Origin: a virus
Taxonomy: Duplodnaviria; Caudoviricetes
Direction: 5' to 3' (one strand)
IMG/VR virus record: IMGVR_UViG_3300026549_000036
DNA: 64,000 nucleotides
Shown: positions 11,409 through 23,108 of the stretch, piece after piece
How the letters are laid out: each line of letters starts with the position of its first letter
Position numbering within the stretch: position 1 is the first letter of the stretch
The notes under the pieces: generated by a model
What the model saw: the letters and a program-made list of their open reading frames with translations, nothing else
The model's database searches: none
What the model was told of the DNA's origin: nothing
Translations under genes and position numbers: made by a program

Positions 11409-11930
11409 ATGAATCCTTACTATGTAACTCGCTGCTGGAACAATGAACTCAAGAAATGTGTGTATAAGGTTTTGGAACGTCGTTGGTTCCAGCTCGCTCG
11501 TTATCTCATTAGCATTGGTTCTTTATCTGACCAAGCCGCTGAAGAATATGAGAACAATGGCTACAAGTTGGAACGTCTGCCTCGTGAAGAACGAATTGTA
11601 AAATCCAAGCGTGAAGCTATGATGAACAACGCATTTGGTTTGGGTTACGCAGATGGTTTTATGTCAAAGACCTGGGCTATGTTCCTACACGATGGATTTA
11701 TCCAGCCCCGCGACGGATGGGAACGTTCCTTCTGTTATCGTTGGGATGGTGGTAAAACATATTATGAAAGAGCACTGGGCAAGCATGGCTACGTACTGAA
11801 AGCCTATGGCGTTCGTAAGTATGTGAATGCTCTCAAAAATCTTTCGGAATACAGAAAGCAGGCCGAAATTCGCTGTGCCAAGAAGAATGGCATTGAATTT
11901 AAGGAATCCACTATCTTTTCTGAATGTTAA
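11409..11930 (+). CDS. hypothetical protein (probably early)
   Basis: AAGAGGT RBS downstream of promoter. Confidence 0.65.
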   Translation: MNPYYVTRCWNNELKKCVYKVLERRWFQLARYLISIGSLSDQAAEEYENNGYKLERLPREERIVKSKREAMMNNAFGLGYADGFMSKTWAMFLHDGFIQPRDGWERSFCYRWDGGKTYYERALGKHGYVLKAYGVRKYVNALKNLSEYRKQAEIRCAKKNGIEFKESTIFSEC

Positions 11931-12282
11931 TAAATTTTTACAAGGAGAAAGAATGAAAAACTTTACAAATAAGCAGTTGAAAGACATTGAAAAAACAGTT
12001 CGTGAACATTTACTTTCTATTGTCGGTAAAGCTTATGAATTTGGTTGGGGTGATTATCTTTCAGGTGAAGATGGTGAATTGGAAGGAATTTTGCCAAAGA
12101 AAATTGAAACCAAGATTGAATCTATTGACGTCCCTCGCCATCGTGACGGTGAATGGGGTGAAGATATGAATGTAAATTTGGTAACTGGACAAACTATCAC
12201 AATTAAACTGAGTGATTTGGAACGTGGTATGTGTAAGGCTCATTATGCTTACAGATACATAGAAAATGTTTTTTCGCATCAA

Positions 12283-12348
12283 TGTAACTAAATTTTTACA
12301 CAATTTTACAATTTTTTCATTGACGAACTGAAGAAATATAACTATATT
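12283..12348 (+). promoter_or_regulatory. Promoter module
   Basis: TGTAAC-N6-TTTACA 12283-12300, TTGACG 12320, N17, TATATT 12343. Confidence 0.8.
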
Positions 12349-12382
12349 TTCTTTAGAAACAAACAACAAAAGAGGTTTAATA

Positions 12383-13213
12383 ATGGTTGATAATTTTGCT
12401 CTCATTGAACAATATATGGCAAAGCAGGCTCTCACTTGGAAAGAAGGAGATTGTTACTATGTTCAGTTGCTCCGTCGCCAGGCGGATGACCCGATGATTG
12501 GTGGTGTGAAAGACAAGAAGTATCACGGCAATATGCACAGCCGCTCTATCAAGGACTATCTCATCAAGTCAGTTGACCATCTTGAAGATGTTAAGCAGCA
12601 GATTATTGAATTTTGTAAGCTTGAAAATGTGCGTGCGTACATTCGCCTGAACAAGCGAAACTATAAGAACATCGCACTTCAAATGATGAAACACATCGCT
12701 GAACAAGCTGCTAGTGGTGAAACTTACTCTAGCCCGTTCCACCTCGTTTCGTCTGCTTGTGGTGAATGTTGCCAAGCTGGTGAAGATAAGACTTGGATTG
12801 TGGACCTGGATAAGGAATACCTTCCGTATGAAAAGGAAATCATTGATATGATTTGTCAGTGTATGCCAATTTCCGCAAAACTCCAGGAAATCTATGACTC
12901 CACCAATGCTGAAATTCATAGCACTGGAAACCCGTGTGGTGTGTCAATGGATGAAATCAAGCAGAAGTATGTGGCTGAAAACTTCTTCATTGTGCCGACC
13001 AAGAGCGGAAAGCACATCGTGTGTAAACCGTTCAACAGGGATACATTTAGCCATGTGCCGAATGCTGATGCTATCGCAAAGGCAAAGAAAGAAGGCAAAG
13101 AACCGAAAATGGGTCTCTGGGAACAGTTCTGTAAGTCTCGCGGCATTGAACTGAAGTGTATGGACATCCATAAGGACAACCCGACTATCCTGTATGTCCC
13201 TGACATGCAGTAG
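12383..13213 (+). CDS. Conserved phage protein, possible AEP/prim-pol-like fold
   Basis: WIVDLD (hhhDhD) and TKSGKH (sxH-like) motifs; DIHKDNPTILY C-terminus. Confidence 0.4.
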   Translation: MVDNFALIEQYMAKQALTWKEGDCYYVQLLRRQADDPMIGGVKDKKYHGNMHSRSIKDYLIKSVDHLEDVKQQIIEFCKLENVRAYIRLNKRNYKNIALQMMKHIAEQAASGETYSSPFHLVSSACGECCQAGEDKTWIVDLDKEYLPYEKEIIDMICQCMPISAKLQEIYDSTNAEIHSTGNPCGVSMDEIKQKYVAENFFIVPTKSGKHIVCKPFNRDTFSHVPNADAIAKAKKEGKEPKMGLWEQFCKSRGIELKCMDIHKDNPTILYVPDMQ

Positions 13214-13222
13214 GAGGACCTG

Positions 13223-13483
13223 ATGTCTATCTATGACCGCGATTATATGAAAAACAGAAAGCCGAGCGAGCCGCGTCACAGTGAGCCTCGCAGGCCTTTC
13301 TTTGAATCAGATGACGATGACGATACTGACTATTATCTTGTTCAAATGCCGAAAGGTCTCGGACACGATTTATGGAAGATTGGAGTTATCGCATTTGTTC
13401 TTTTTGTGTTGCTTTGTTGTCCGTGTTTGGCAGTTTTGTTTGTTCCTATTTTTCTCGCAATTTTACTTTGGAAAACTCTTTAA
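13223..13483 (+). CDS. small membrane protein
   Basis: MSIYDRDYM start, C-terminal hydrophobic helix. Confidence 0.6.
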   Translation: MSIYDRDYMKNRKPSEPRHSEPRRPFFESDDDDDTDYYLVQMPKGLGHDLWKIGVIAFVLFVLLCCPCLAVLFVPIFLAILLWKTL

Positions 13484-13836
13484 TGACTGAAGAACAATTA
13501 AAAACATTTTTGCTTGCCGAACTAAAACCATTTGTTGATAAAGTATTCTGGGACTCAGATGGTATTTGGGCATCTGGAAAAAACAGTACATATCTCGCAT
13601 ATTACAAGCGTGATGTTTCTATTGCTAAACCAGGTCTGTATATCGCAAAATTCGTTAGTGACGATGGAGCAGTTGTTGATGAGAAAGGAGCATTGTATTG
13701 GGGTTCCTGGCCTGAAGAATTGAAAGTCATTCTAGATAACGATGACGAAATTCGCAGGAGAGTTTACAACATTATCAAACGGATGAAAGAAATTGAGAAC
13801 AACAAAAGAATGAAGAATATACAGAAGGATTTTTAA
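13483..13836 (+). CDS. DF-tail family protein
   Basis: TAATG start; ends RMKNIQKDF*. Confidence 0.7.
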   Translation: MTEEQLKTFLLAELKPFVDKVFWDSDGIWASGKNSTYLAYYKRDVSIAKPGLYIAKFVSDDGAVVDEKGALYWGSWPEELKVILDNDDEIRRRVYNIIKRMKEIENNKRMKNIQKDF

Positions 13837-14219
13837 TGTGTAAGAAAACCAGTAATGTTCCAGATAAAGTAATTAGTTTGGGCAAAACCCTAATAGAGTT
13901 TGCTAAACAGTGCGATTATATCTATTCCGAAATTAGCAACATTTATACTTATGGACTGGACATTGTGTCTAGACAGTTTATACTTGGTGATAAATATGCT
14001 TCTATTTTTAGTTTAGAACAAGTCGGAAAACACAACTGGAAAATAAGTTATTGGAATTCATATAAAGACGAAGATCTATCTTATCATTATTTCAAAGATA
14101 ATGAAATGGACTATAATAAAGAAGTTTCTCGCTGGACAAAATATATTCAAAATTTTAGCAAAAAGATGAAGAAAAAATCTATATTTGAGAGAGAACAGAA
14201 AATAAAGGAAGACTTCTAA
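13836..14219 (+). CDS. DF-tail family protein
   Basis: ends REQKIKEDF*. Confidence 0.7.
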   Translation: MCKKTSNVPDKVISLGKTLIEFAKQCDYIYSEISNIYTYGLDIVSRQFILGDKYASIFSLEQVGKHNWKISYWNSYKDEDLSYHYFKDNEMDYNKEVSRWTKYIQNFSKKMKKKSIFEREQKIKEDF

Positions 14220-14679
14220 TGAAACCACTTTACATTTACAGAAAGAATAAAGAAATGAATTGTGTGACAGCTATGATTGGAGCTGAAGTCCGAAATGCTA
14301 TTCAAAACTGGCGTAAAGCAAACAAACTCCCACTGGATTTTCACGTTCCGACCTTGTGTGTTTACTATACAAAAGAAATTATGAAAACGGCTTTGATTGA
14401 AGGTGTAACTGACGCAAATCCAAAGAACCCGCATTTGTTTGAATTGTGCTTGGTTGATAATGTGGAATTTGTCAGTCCCAGAGATGAACTTGGTTTTTCA
14501 AAAACACAAGAAGAACGATGGAAGGATTTTTTGGACTTTGATAAACACGATTTAATCTTTTGGAGTCCACTTGGCGGGTCCATTGGTGTGTGCGATTGTC
14601 TAAAGGGAAATTCTCGCATTGTTCAGTTCCCAGTAGACAATGCTGTAAGATTTGAACGATTTAACCACTACGTGTAATT

Positions 14680-15048
14680 ATGACAAAAGAAGAACTGAGA
14701 GATTATTGTTATTCCATTGGGTTGATTGACACCAAGTTCCCTATGTGGGCTGAATCTAACTACACTAAGGGATATAGATTCCCAAATGAATTTGTGAACT
14801 CAATGGATTTTATTGCTGCGTGGGATGAAGATAAACAGTGTGTTGTTGTAGCCAAATGTTGTGTAATTAACGAAGCATTCGTATATGAAGGACCGATTCG
14901 TATGGATGGCGCTGTAGCACTTTATAATGACGAAGAAATTAAATCTCACATAAACTATTTAATCACATCGGTTCAAGAAAACATTAAGTTTCTTAAATGG
15001 CGACAGATGAAAAAGAAAATTAAGAAAATGGAAGGAGATTTTGAATGA
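14680..15048 (+). CDS. DF-tail family protein
   Basis: ends KIKKMEGDFE*. Confidence 0.7.
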   Translation: MTKEELRDYCYSIGLIDTKFPMWAESNYTKGYRFPNEFVNSMDFIAAWDEDKQCVVVAKCCVINEAFVYEGPIRMDGAVALYNDEEIKSHINYLITSVQENIKFLKWRQMKKKIKKMEGDFE

Positions 15049-15836
15049 GTTTAGACCAATTTATGCTCTGGCGTTTTAGAATGCTTGAAGGTGTTCTGGA
15101 CGGAATAAAATCTTGGAATCTGAATGAGTGTGTATTCAATGATGGCAGTAAGATTACTTACGATGTCAAGAATGAATTAATCACGATTGAAACGCCGAAG
15201 AAAAGCGACATTATGTTGTTCGCAAATGTAACTAAAGAAAAGCTTGCCGAATTTGGATTTAAAGAAAGAGGTCCTGAAACCAGACATGCTGCCTCTTACG
15301 ATAAGGGAAATTATACTTTCCAATACAAGTAACTAATAAGGAGAAAAACTATGACATACGCAGTTATTTTTACCCGTAACGATGGTTGGACTGGTGTAAC
15401 CACGATTGAAGCTATGAAGCCAACCTATGACGAAGCTATGGTTGAAGCAGAAAAGCAAGTAAAAGACATTATGAAAACCCAACACATTAAGGGCTCAGTT
15501 CAAGATAACATTAAGAATGGAAACATTGAATTTGAAGATTCCGATTTCTTTGATAATAGAATTAAGGCAAACTTTGTTTTCCCAAAAAGCAAGCTTGAAG
15601 TTCTCATTCAGGAGCTTCCGTAATGAAACACTATTACGATAAGGATAATAAAGAACTCAACCGATATGTAATCACAGTTCCTATTGAAGGTGAATTGTGG
15701 TACTTTAAGAGATATGCGAAAACAGAAAAGGAAGCAAAAGCAGATTTCCTTCCATTTCTTTATATGGCATACAAATTATTTGTTAAACCTGAAGATGTAA
15801 CTGTAACTGAAGACCCAAGTTTCCCGATGGCATACA

Positions 15837-16676
15837 ATGGATAAAATCAGACCAATTTATATTATAACCGGCTTAATGGGTAGTGGAAAATCTACTGTGG
15901 CTAATTTCTTCAAATTAAGACATTTTGAAGTTCTTAATATGGATGAAATTTCTAAGGACATTATGCTCACTGACTCTGATATGAAAGTAGCACTTATTTC
16001 CGCATTTGGTAAATATGCGATTAACGAAGATGCTTCCTATAACATAGATTATATCAAAGGTGTTTATTTTGATCCGCTATTTGATACTCAGCGAGAACAG
16101 TTTGAACACGATTTGGATATAAAAATCAGAGACATTTTCAACAAACCAAATAAGTATTTTGATGTAGAAAAAGAAGGTGTGCCACTGATTATGGAAATTC
16201 CTTCTTTTAATCTGAATAGATTTGAAAGACTTTATCACTGCTTTTTCACTGAAATTAAGTATGTGATAAATGTAAGTGCCAATTATAAGGACAGAATGGA
16301 TAGAGTACATAAGCGTGGATTGACTGATGAAGAAATTTCTAATCGCAACAGACTTCAAACTGATTACAGTTATCCACAAAATCAACCTGATATAGTTGGT
16401 GATAAATTCTGTAATATAGATAATGTAGGCTCGGTAGAAGAACTCTATGACAATGTAACTAAACTGATGGAACAACCAGATTTCTTTGACGAAAAGACCA
16501 AAGACAAAATCTTTGACGATTATATGAGTACTAAACCGAGTTATATAAGAGCGAATATGAAATGTTATGTTTATTACAATTCTACAGGTTGTGGCAGTTG
16601 CCAATGCCCTTGTAAGAGTTCGGATAAACATTTTGAAGAAACTGTTAAATCCAGATTGAAGGTAAAAGATGATTAA
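15837..16676 (+). CDS. coaE: Dephospho-CoA kinase-like P-loop kinase with Cys-rich C-terminal extension
   Basis: IITGLMGSGKSTVANFF, D-x-I-x-K, R-x-x-R-x-x-K-R-G-L-T-x-E-E-I-x-x-R-x-x-x-Q. Confidence 0.65.
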   Translation: MDKIRPIYIITGLMGSGKSTVANFFKLRHFEVLNMDEISKDIMLTDSDMKVALISAFGKYAINEDASYNIDYIKGVYFDPLFDTQREQFEHDLDIKIRDIFNKPNKYFDVEKEGVPLIMEIPSFNLNRFERLYHCFFTEIKYVINVSANYKDRMDRVHKRGLTDEEISNRNRLQTDYSYPQNQPDIVGDKFCNIDNVGSVEELYDNVTKLMEQPDFFDEKTKDKIFDDYMSTKPSYIRANMKCYVYYNSTGCGSCQCPCKSSDKHFEETVKSRLKVKDD

Positions 16677-16878
16677 TTTCTTGTGTAATTTGTTTATGTT
16701 GTTTTTCACAGTTCTAATGACAATACTAATGTTGCCAGTTTGCTTGGTGATTATGTTCATTGACTTAATCTGTGGTATTTTTATAAGTTCTGATGATGAC
16801 GAATAATTAAAAACTTACAAAAAATCTATTGTTTTTCTCACGAAATTTACTATATTAAATAGAAAAGAAAGGAACTAT

Positions 16879-17262
16879 ATGGAAGATATACTCGGCAGAG
16901 AAAATGTAAATTTCTCCATTGTTAAGCCTGAAGAACAGGACGAACGTGCGAAGAAATTTAAAGAACAGAGAATGACAAGAGGTTTTGACGATTCCGAAAC
17001 CTGGAATTTGGATATAACGATTGCAAAATTTCTTGTCCCTCGTTTGAAGGCATTTAAGGAATGTGAAAATGGTTTTCCATCCCGTCTAACAGAAAAGAAG
17101 TGGGATAAAATCCTTGACGAAATGATTGAAGGATTTGAACTACACTGCACTAAAGACGAATGGGAATTTGAACAGGACCTTAATGCCAGAAACGAAAAGT
17201 TCGCAAAGGTCAATAAGGCATTAAAACATTTTTCTAAATACTTTCACGATTTATGGTGGTAA
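16879..17262 (+). CDS. conserved phage hypothetical protein
   Basis: ETWNLD...PRLKAFK...W..ILDEMIEGF...LWW. Confidence 0.6.
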   Translation: MEDILGRENVNFSIVKPEEQDERAKKFKEQRMTRGFDDSETWNLDITIAKFLVPRLKAFKECENGFPSRLTEKKWDKILDEMIEGFELHCTKDEWEFEQDLNARNEKFAKVNKALKHFSKYFHDLWW

Positions 17263-18580
17263 TTTAACATATAAACTAATAAGGAGATAAATATGACTCA
17301 AGATGATTTGGAACTAATGCTCGGTAAGGACGAAAAGGTCGCAGAACAGATTAAGGACTATCTGCGTAAACATCTTTCGGACCTCTCAAAAGACACCGGG
17401 ATGACCAAGAGCGAACTTGATGATTACATTGAAAGATTGATGGTGGCATAATATGAATGTGGATAAAGTAGCAAAAATTATCGGTGAGTATTTAACCTGT
17501 GTATTGAGCTTAGCTTTATTCACATTTTTGTTCAGCATTCCTTTGGAATGGTGGAGTTTTCTAATTTACTCCGTCCTTTTATTTGGATTTGTTAAACTTT
17601 CTGTATGGGCAAGTGAACGATGAGATACACGATTAAATTTGATTTTCCGACTGGTCCAGCATATCCGAGAGTGGGTGGTGGCTTTGATAATGAAATTTCA
17701 AAAGACACTCGCACTTGGGATGACGCAGTTATTGCGGCTAGATTTGCTGAAGATATGTGTGGAAAATATGGATATACAGTATTACCGGTAGAAGATAATG
17801 ATAGTTCTAGAAGTTAAATTTGTTTCTAATGAAAATGATTTTGTTAGTATGAGCGCAGATGTTCTTGGTAAAACGAGAGATATGCAAGCTCTTGCTGAAG
17901 AAAAAGAATTTGAAGATACGATTATCCCAGTTGCTATGAACCAAATTAACGAACTGTATAACAATGTTAGTCTGGTGAACAATGAAAACCTATGTATAGA
18001 TATGATGAATGTTTTGGTTGCCAGAGCCAAAAAATTTAATTATATTTTAAAGAGATTAGGACAAAACGATAAATACCCTGGTGTTTATCAGTTAGAATTT
18101 GGGAAAGCAAATGATAGCAGATTTATGGGAAACAATAAAGAAATCGGCAAAAAAGTATAAGGAGAATGATGCTTATTTAGCTTACGATGTGAACGCAAAT
18201 GAAGTTTCTGTATGGAAAGAAGGATATGAAGAAATTTGTTATTACAGAGTAAATCTAAATCAGCTCATTGACCTTGGATTTGATTACGATGTCTTGGCGA
18301 ACCTAGTGTTTTTGAACTTTATGAATAGTAAGGACTTATATGAAAAAGCAGACCATTGAGTTTATGGCGAAAATGAAGAACTTTGAAATCAAGCGTAAGC
18401 TTGAAGAATCTGAAGAAGATACTCTGAAAAGATACCATAAAACCAAGTTGAATATGTGTTATGATTACTTGAAGTTGTTAATTAGTATGAACAACGGCAG
18501 CGACAATTTGAAGGAAGATTACACAGAAATTAAGAAACTCACAACTGAATTTGAACAAGATTTTTTGAGATGGAAAAAAG

Positions 18581-19012
18581 ATGCGAAAACTCATTGACAT
18601 TTTTAAAGGCCTACTTAATTATTTAAATCCATTCAATGCGAAATTTCTACAGTCCGATTGGTTGAAAGAAAAAGAACTGTTTGACAGAAATTATCATCAT
18701 TATGTGTTGACTGAACATTGTAGAACACGAATGAAAGAAAGACGAATAATTTACAGAGATTTGAACCTTGCTTTTAAGTATGGTAAACTCATTGGAAATC
18801 AAATCCTGTTAGACATTAGCCATATTCCAGATGAATGCTTTCAGGGACTAACGAACCAACAGGTTAAACATATTTTGGGTCATTTGCCGCTTGTCATTAC
18901 TATTAAGCCCGGCACAAAGATTATTACAACTGTGTATAAGGGTAATAATACTTTGCGTGATAAAGATGACATTAAAATGTTAAACGAAATTTACAAATCT
19001 ATGGAGAAATAG
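18581..19012 (+). CDS. DUF4258-like (BrnT/RelE-fold) protein
   Basis: TEHCRTRMKERRI ... G ... IITTVY. Confidence 0.55.
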   Translation: MRKLIDIFKGLLNYLNPFNAKFLQSDWLKEKELFDRNYHHYVLTEHCRTRMKERRIIYRDLNLAFKYGKLIGNQILLDISHIPDECFQGLTNQQVKHILGHLPLVITIKPGTKIITTVYKGNNTLRDKDDIKMLNEIYKSMEK

Positions 19013-19013
19013 G

Positions 19014-19160
19014 ATGTCAGTAATTGCCAGGACTTTGCTCATAAGCGTGTTTTTACTTATGTTGATTGGTTGTAATGATAGCACCTCAACTGCCCCAGAT
19101 TGTTCAAGTACTGGCGATTCCTTGGTTGTATGTGGTGATAGCCAATATAAGGTGTACTAA
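19014..19160 (+). CDS. small lipoprotein (not in ORF track)
   Basis: MSVIARTLLISVFLLMLIG-CNDSTST, lipobox LIGC. Confidence 0.55.
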   Translation: MSVIARTLLISVFLLMLIGCNDSTSTAPDCSSTGDSLVVCGDSQYKVY

Positions 19161-19161
19161 T

Positions 19162-19632
19162 ATGAAAAAGATACAGATTCTCCCGAAATATAAGTTTGAT
19201 TATTTTATGCAGCAGAATGGCTGGAATGATTTGAACATTCCGTCTGATACAGCATTCATTTCTATTTGTTGTAAGAAGAACATAAAAGAAAATTATTTGA
19301 GAGATTTCAAGCATAGAGAAGACTTTCATTGGTTTAAACGAAACCACCCTAATGTTCTCAATGTGGATTTTGACGATGTGATTCAACCCGAAATTGAAAC
19401 CAGGTGGGGTATGGCTTATGGGATTGACGATTACACAGCTAAAGAAATTATACAGTTTGCCTTAGACAATATGGAAAGGGACACACTAATGATTCATTGT
19501 ATGGCAGGTAAAAGCAGAAGTGTAGCTGTCGGCAAAGCATTGAGTGAATTATTGGATTGTAAATTCACTTGTTTTTATGGCACAGACAATATGAATGAAT
19601 TTGTTTACAAGAAAATAAAGGACAATATATGA
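19162..19632 (+). CDS. Protein tyrosine/dual-specificity phosphatase-like protein
   Basis: HCMAGKSRS (CX5R) and FDD loop. Confidence 0.85.
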   Translation: MKKIQILPKYKFDYFMQQNGWNDLNIPSDTAFISICCKKNIKENYLRDFKHREDFHWFKRNHPNVLNVDFDDVIQPEIETRWGMAYGIDDYTAKEIIQFALDNMERDTLMIHCMAGKSRSVAVGKALSELLDCKFTCFYGTDNMNEFVYKKIKDNI

Positions 19633-19830
19633 TTTGTATGGAAGAACTAACTGCGACAATTAAAAGACTTCAACTATTGAAAGATAATACAGATAGTCCT
19701 GAAGAAATTGTGTCAACTGATTTAATGATTACTAACCTTACCAATTTGGCTAGACAGTTCGGTATGTTACTAGATTCTCCTGACTTTAAACAAATGGTAG
19801 AAGAATACAAGATAAATTCAAAAATAAAGG

Positions 19831-20142
19831 ATGATTAAGATTATAGACAACATAACAGTTATTCTTTGGAGATGGACACACCGAATTAAAAGGACAAATT
19901 TGATTCACGGCCATCAGTTAACAACTAAAATTTACGCACCTCAATGGTGGTTTATTTGGTGGCATTATTACTGGTATGACATTGGTTATCAAGCAGTTGC
20001 TCCTGAAACATTTGACACAATGGCGGCAGCTTATGATTTCGTAACTCCCTATTGGATGCCTGAAAAAGAATGTAAACTAGAATTTTACAAAAAGCAGGAC
20101 GAACTTAACAAAAAGTTAGACGATGCTAATACAGATTTCTAA
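19831..20142 (+). CDS. DF-tail family protein
   Basis: ends KLDDANTDF*. Confidence 0.65.
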   Translation: MIKIIDNITVILWRWTHRIKRTNLIHGHQLTTKIYAPQWWFIWWHYYWYDIGYQAVAPETFDTMAAAYDFVTPYWMPEKECKLEFYKKQDELNKKLDDANTDF

Positions 20143-20144
20143 TT

Positions 20145-20210
20145 TGTAAATTTAATTTTACAAACTTCTCTAAAAATCTCATTGACAAACAATGAGATTT
20201 TTTCTATATT
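20145..20210 (+). promoter_or_regulatory. Promoter module
   Basis: TGTAAA-TTTAAT-TTTACA 20145-62, TTGACA 20182, N17, TATATT 20205. Confidence 0.85.
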
Positions 20211-21145
20211 ATTAGCAAACAAGAGGTTTCACTATGGATTTAAATACATTTCTTCCCATCGCAAAGAAGTTTGGCTTGATTATAAACAAATGCCATAACG
20301 GAAGTGTGGAATTTTATCTGGACAAACACAAATACAATACTCCATATAACGGCTGGGTTTGTACTTATTTCAAGAAGTCAAATGAAATGGGTAGCCCCAG
20401 AATGAAAGTCCGTAAATTGGGATATGATGAAAATGCATTTGATTTGTGCTGGGGTTCAGATATAAATTTGAGAAATGATTTGATTTTTGATAATCCCAAA
20501 TATGTAGAAAAGGCTCTGACAGAAATGTTTAAGAGATTGGAAAAATTCAAAAGGAGATAACAAAATGGATTGGCTTAAGGCTCAACAAATTAGAACAGGT
20601 ATTCCACAAAACGCAACAGTCGCAGATTTGATTGCGATTTTACAGAAACTCCCGCAAAATTGGCCTGTAGTAAACGCAGACGAAGGACCATTGTGTGAGA
20701 TTGTGGTCGCAACTGACGGACGGGATAAACAGGTACAAGTTTACTAAGGACAGAAAATGACATATACTTTATATTTGGCTCTACTAATTCCAATTTTCTG
20801 CGGGGCGCTTGCGTGTTTCGTTGGTGCGATTTTATCGGCCACATTTGGAGATGATAAAGCACAAGAAAATTCCTTTGTGTATGGTTATGCTGGGATTGGA
20901 CTTGTCGTAACTGGGTTTATGATTGTTATTCTTTCACCTGACCGACCGACAATAATTGAGAACAGTTACTACAAAATTCTCAATTCTCGCCCGGAATGTG
21001 TGAAGGATGTAGTGAATAACGATTTTACAAATGTTTCATTGGATTGTGCTGAAAAATACATTAACTACAGGACAGATTCATTGAAAGCAGCAAAAGATTA
21101 TTTTGAAATCAAAGAACAGATTTTGAATAAATTGAAGGAGACAAA

Positions 21146-21400
21146 GTGAAGAAAATAATTTTAGCAACGGCAGTTGCTCTCATTAGTTGTGGTGGTGAAA
21201 CTACATCACCGCCAAAGTGCGAACCAGTGGATTTGACATTTGAAGATATTTCATGTGTTCCAGGTCCGAACTGTAAATACGGAACATACGCAACTGATTG
21301 GTTGAATGGGGCTTGCATAAAAGCAAAACTTGGTAGCGGTCGTGATTGCGACAGTTATCGTCTAAATTACATATTAACTATTAACGAATGCGAGGAATAA
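21146..21400 (+). CDS. Cys-rich lipoprotein
   Basis: MKKIILATAVALIS-C lipobox. Confidence 0.6.
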   Translation: MKKIILATAVALISCGGETTSPPKCEPVDLTFEDISCVPGPNCKYGTYATDWLNGACIKAKLGSGRDCDSYRLNYILTINECEE

Positions 21401-21586
21401 AAATGCAAAATGCTATTAAGAAGTATTTCTGTTTAACTCTCCCCATTTGCCTTCTTGGGTGTTTCTTAATGATTTTACTTGAGAAGATGTGGGAAACCAA
21501 CTTCGGTCTTATCCCATTCTTTATTTGGGGTTTTCTAAGTTCTTACATTTCCGAAGGTGTAAACAACAAGCTTAATTTGTTCCCAA

Positions 21587-21922
21587 ATGAATGAAACGAT
21601 TTTTACAGAAATTTGCACTAAACACGGGTTCAAAGTTGAAAAAGAAATTGCCCCGTGGAATGCTGGTGGTGATTGGTATGTTGCTTATATTCCAAGCGAC
21701 AAATTCAATGTAGCCGTTGCAGCTTATGACCCGGAAGATGCGAATGTTGCCACAATTTGTGTAACATTGAAAAAGGTAAATCTTCCAGTCAAACTTAAAG
21801 TTGCTAATACAAATGATGTAAAAACTGTGGAAGAATTGGAACAAGCTTGTAAGGAATTAAATGTAGAATACAAGAAAATGTTAGAACAAATTAAACTAGA
21901 ACAAATTAACAAAGATTTCTAA
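21587..21922 (+). CDS. DF-tail family protein (paralog of 22758 and 58746)
   Basis: ICT.HGF.V.KE..PW...G.WY.AYIP; ends KLEQINKDF*. Confidence 0.7.
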   Translation: MNETIFTEICTKHGFKVEKEIAPWNAGGDWYVAYIPSDKFNVAVAAYDPEDANVATICVTLKKVNLPVKLKVANTNDVKTVEELEQACKELNVEYKKMLEQIKLEQINKDF

Positions 21923-22757
21923 GGAGAACAAAATGCTTACATCATCTACGATTGACTATATGCCAAAAATCCTGAAATCATTTAGAAAGTACATTGAGAA
22001 ATACGATTGTACTTATATGGTTGTGAAGAATGACGTATTTCCTGGTGGGATTGGTTATTCTGTAACTTTCTTTCACGCAGGTAGTGGTATGCCATATCTG
22101 ATGGTTGCTCAGCACGATAAAAGTAAGTACGCAACTATCTATGTGAACAAGTACGCAGATAACTGGTTTAGAGACGATTGTAAGTATCGTGATGATTGCG
22201 ACATTTCAAACAACATAACTGAATTTATTAAGGCCATTCGTGAATGTGCCATTACAGGAGAACAGAAATGATTGACAATTACGATTATCCACTTCACGAT
22301 GAAGAACACGAAATTTTGCCGAGTGGAATGAAACTGAAGCAGTCATGTCCTGTATGCGAAAAAGGAGCTTCACTAATAAATCAGTTCGGTTATCGTGTTT
22401 ACATATTGAATAAGAAGCTCTGTTTGGAAGGACCAAATGGAATTTGTTGTTCTGATACATTAACAACTTGTCCAAAATGCGGGAGAAGACTATGAAAGAA
22501 TACTTGTGGGAAGTAGTAAAGAATACTGGAATGTTTATTGTTGGTATTTCAGTAATCATTCTGTATGTTGTTGGATTGGTTCTTTCAGTTTGTATTGCGT
22601 TACTACCACTGTTTGTAGCAATTTATCTAAACGATTGTATGGGATTTGATAAGTGGACAGTTTTTATTCCTAGTTTGATTATAACTATCCCGTGGGCAGT
22701 TGCGTGGTTTACATTACTTTCAAAAATTGATGATAAATTTAGACTGGGTATATTCTA

Positions 22758-23108
22758 ATGGCAAAACAGGACATTTCAAAAGAGCAATTCATTCAAATCT
22801 GTACTGAGTATGGATTTGAAGTAAAGGAACTATCAGAACCTTGGAGAACAAACGGAACTTGGTATTTAGCATTTATTCCACATTATGACGCAGCCATTGC
22901 TGGTTATGTGCCAGAAGACAATGAAACAAATGTTTGTGTTCAGTTAGATTGTTTGTATGATGGTCCTGTTTATTTTCAAACTAGAAAAACTTGCCAACCT
23001 ACTGATGTACAAAGATTTAAATACTTTTTGGGAGAAGTAAATAGGATAGTTAAAAATCATATTGTAAATATGAGAATTAGCAAAATGCAAGAGGAGGATT
23101 TTGGATGA
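22758..23108 (+). CDS. DF-tail family protein
   Basis: ends RISKMQEEDFG*. Confidence 0.7.
   Translation: MAKQDISKEQFIQICTEYGFEVKELSEPWRTNGTWYLAFIPHYDAAIAGYVPEDNETNVCVQLDCLYDGPVYFQTRKTCQPTDVQRFKYFLGEVNRIVKNHIVNMRISKMQEEDFG

Noticed and set aside
17798-18359. Possible frameshift fusion of 17798-18160 with the overlapping 18112-18359 ORF
   Set aside because: No paralog or motif supports joining; a simple overlap is adequate.
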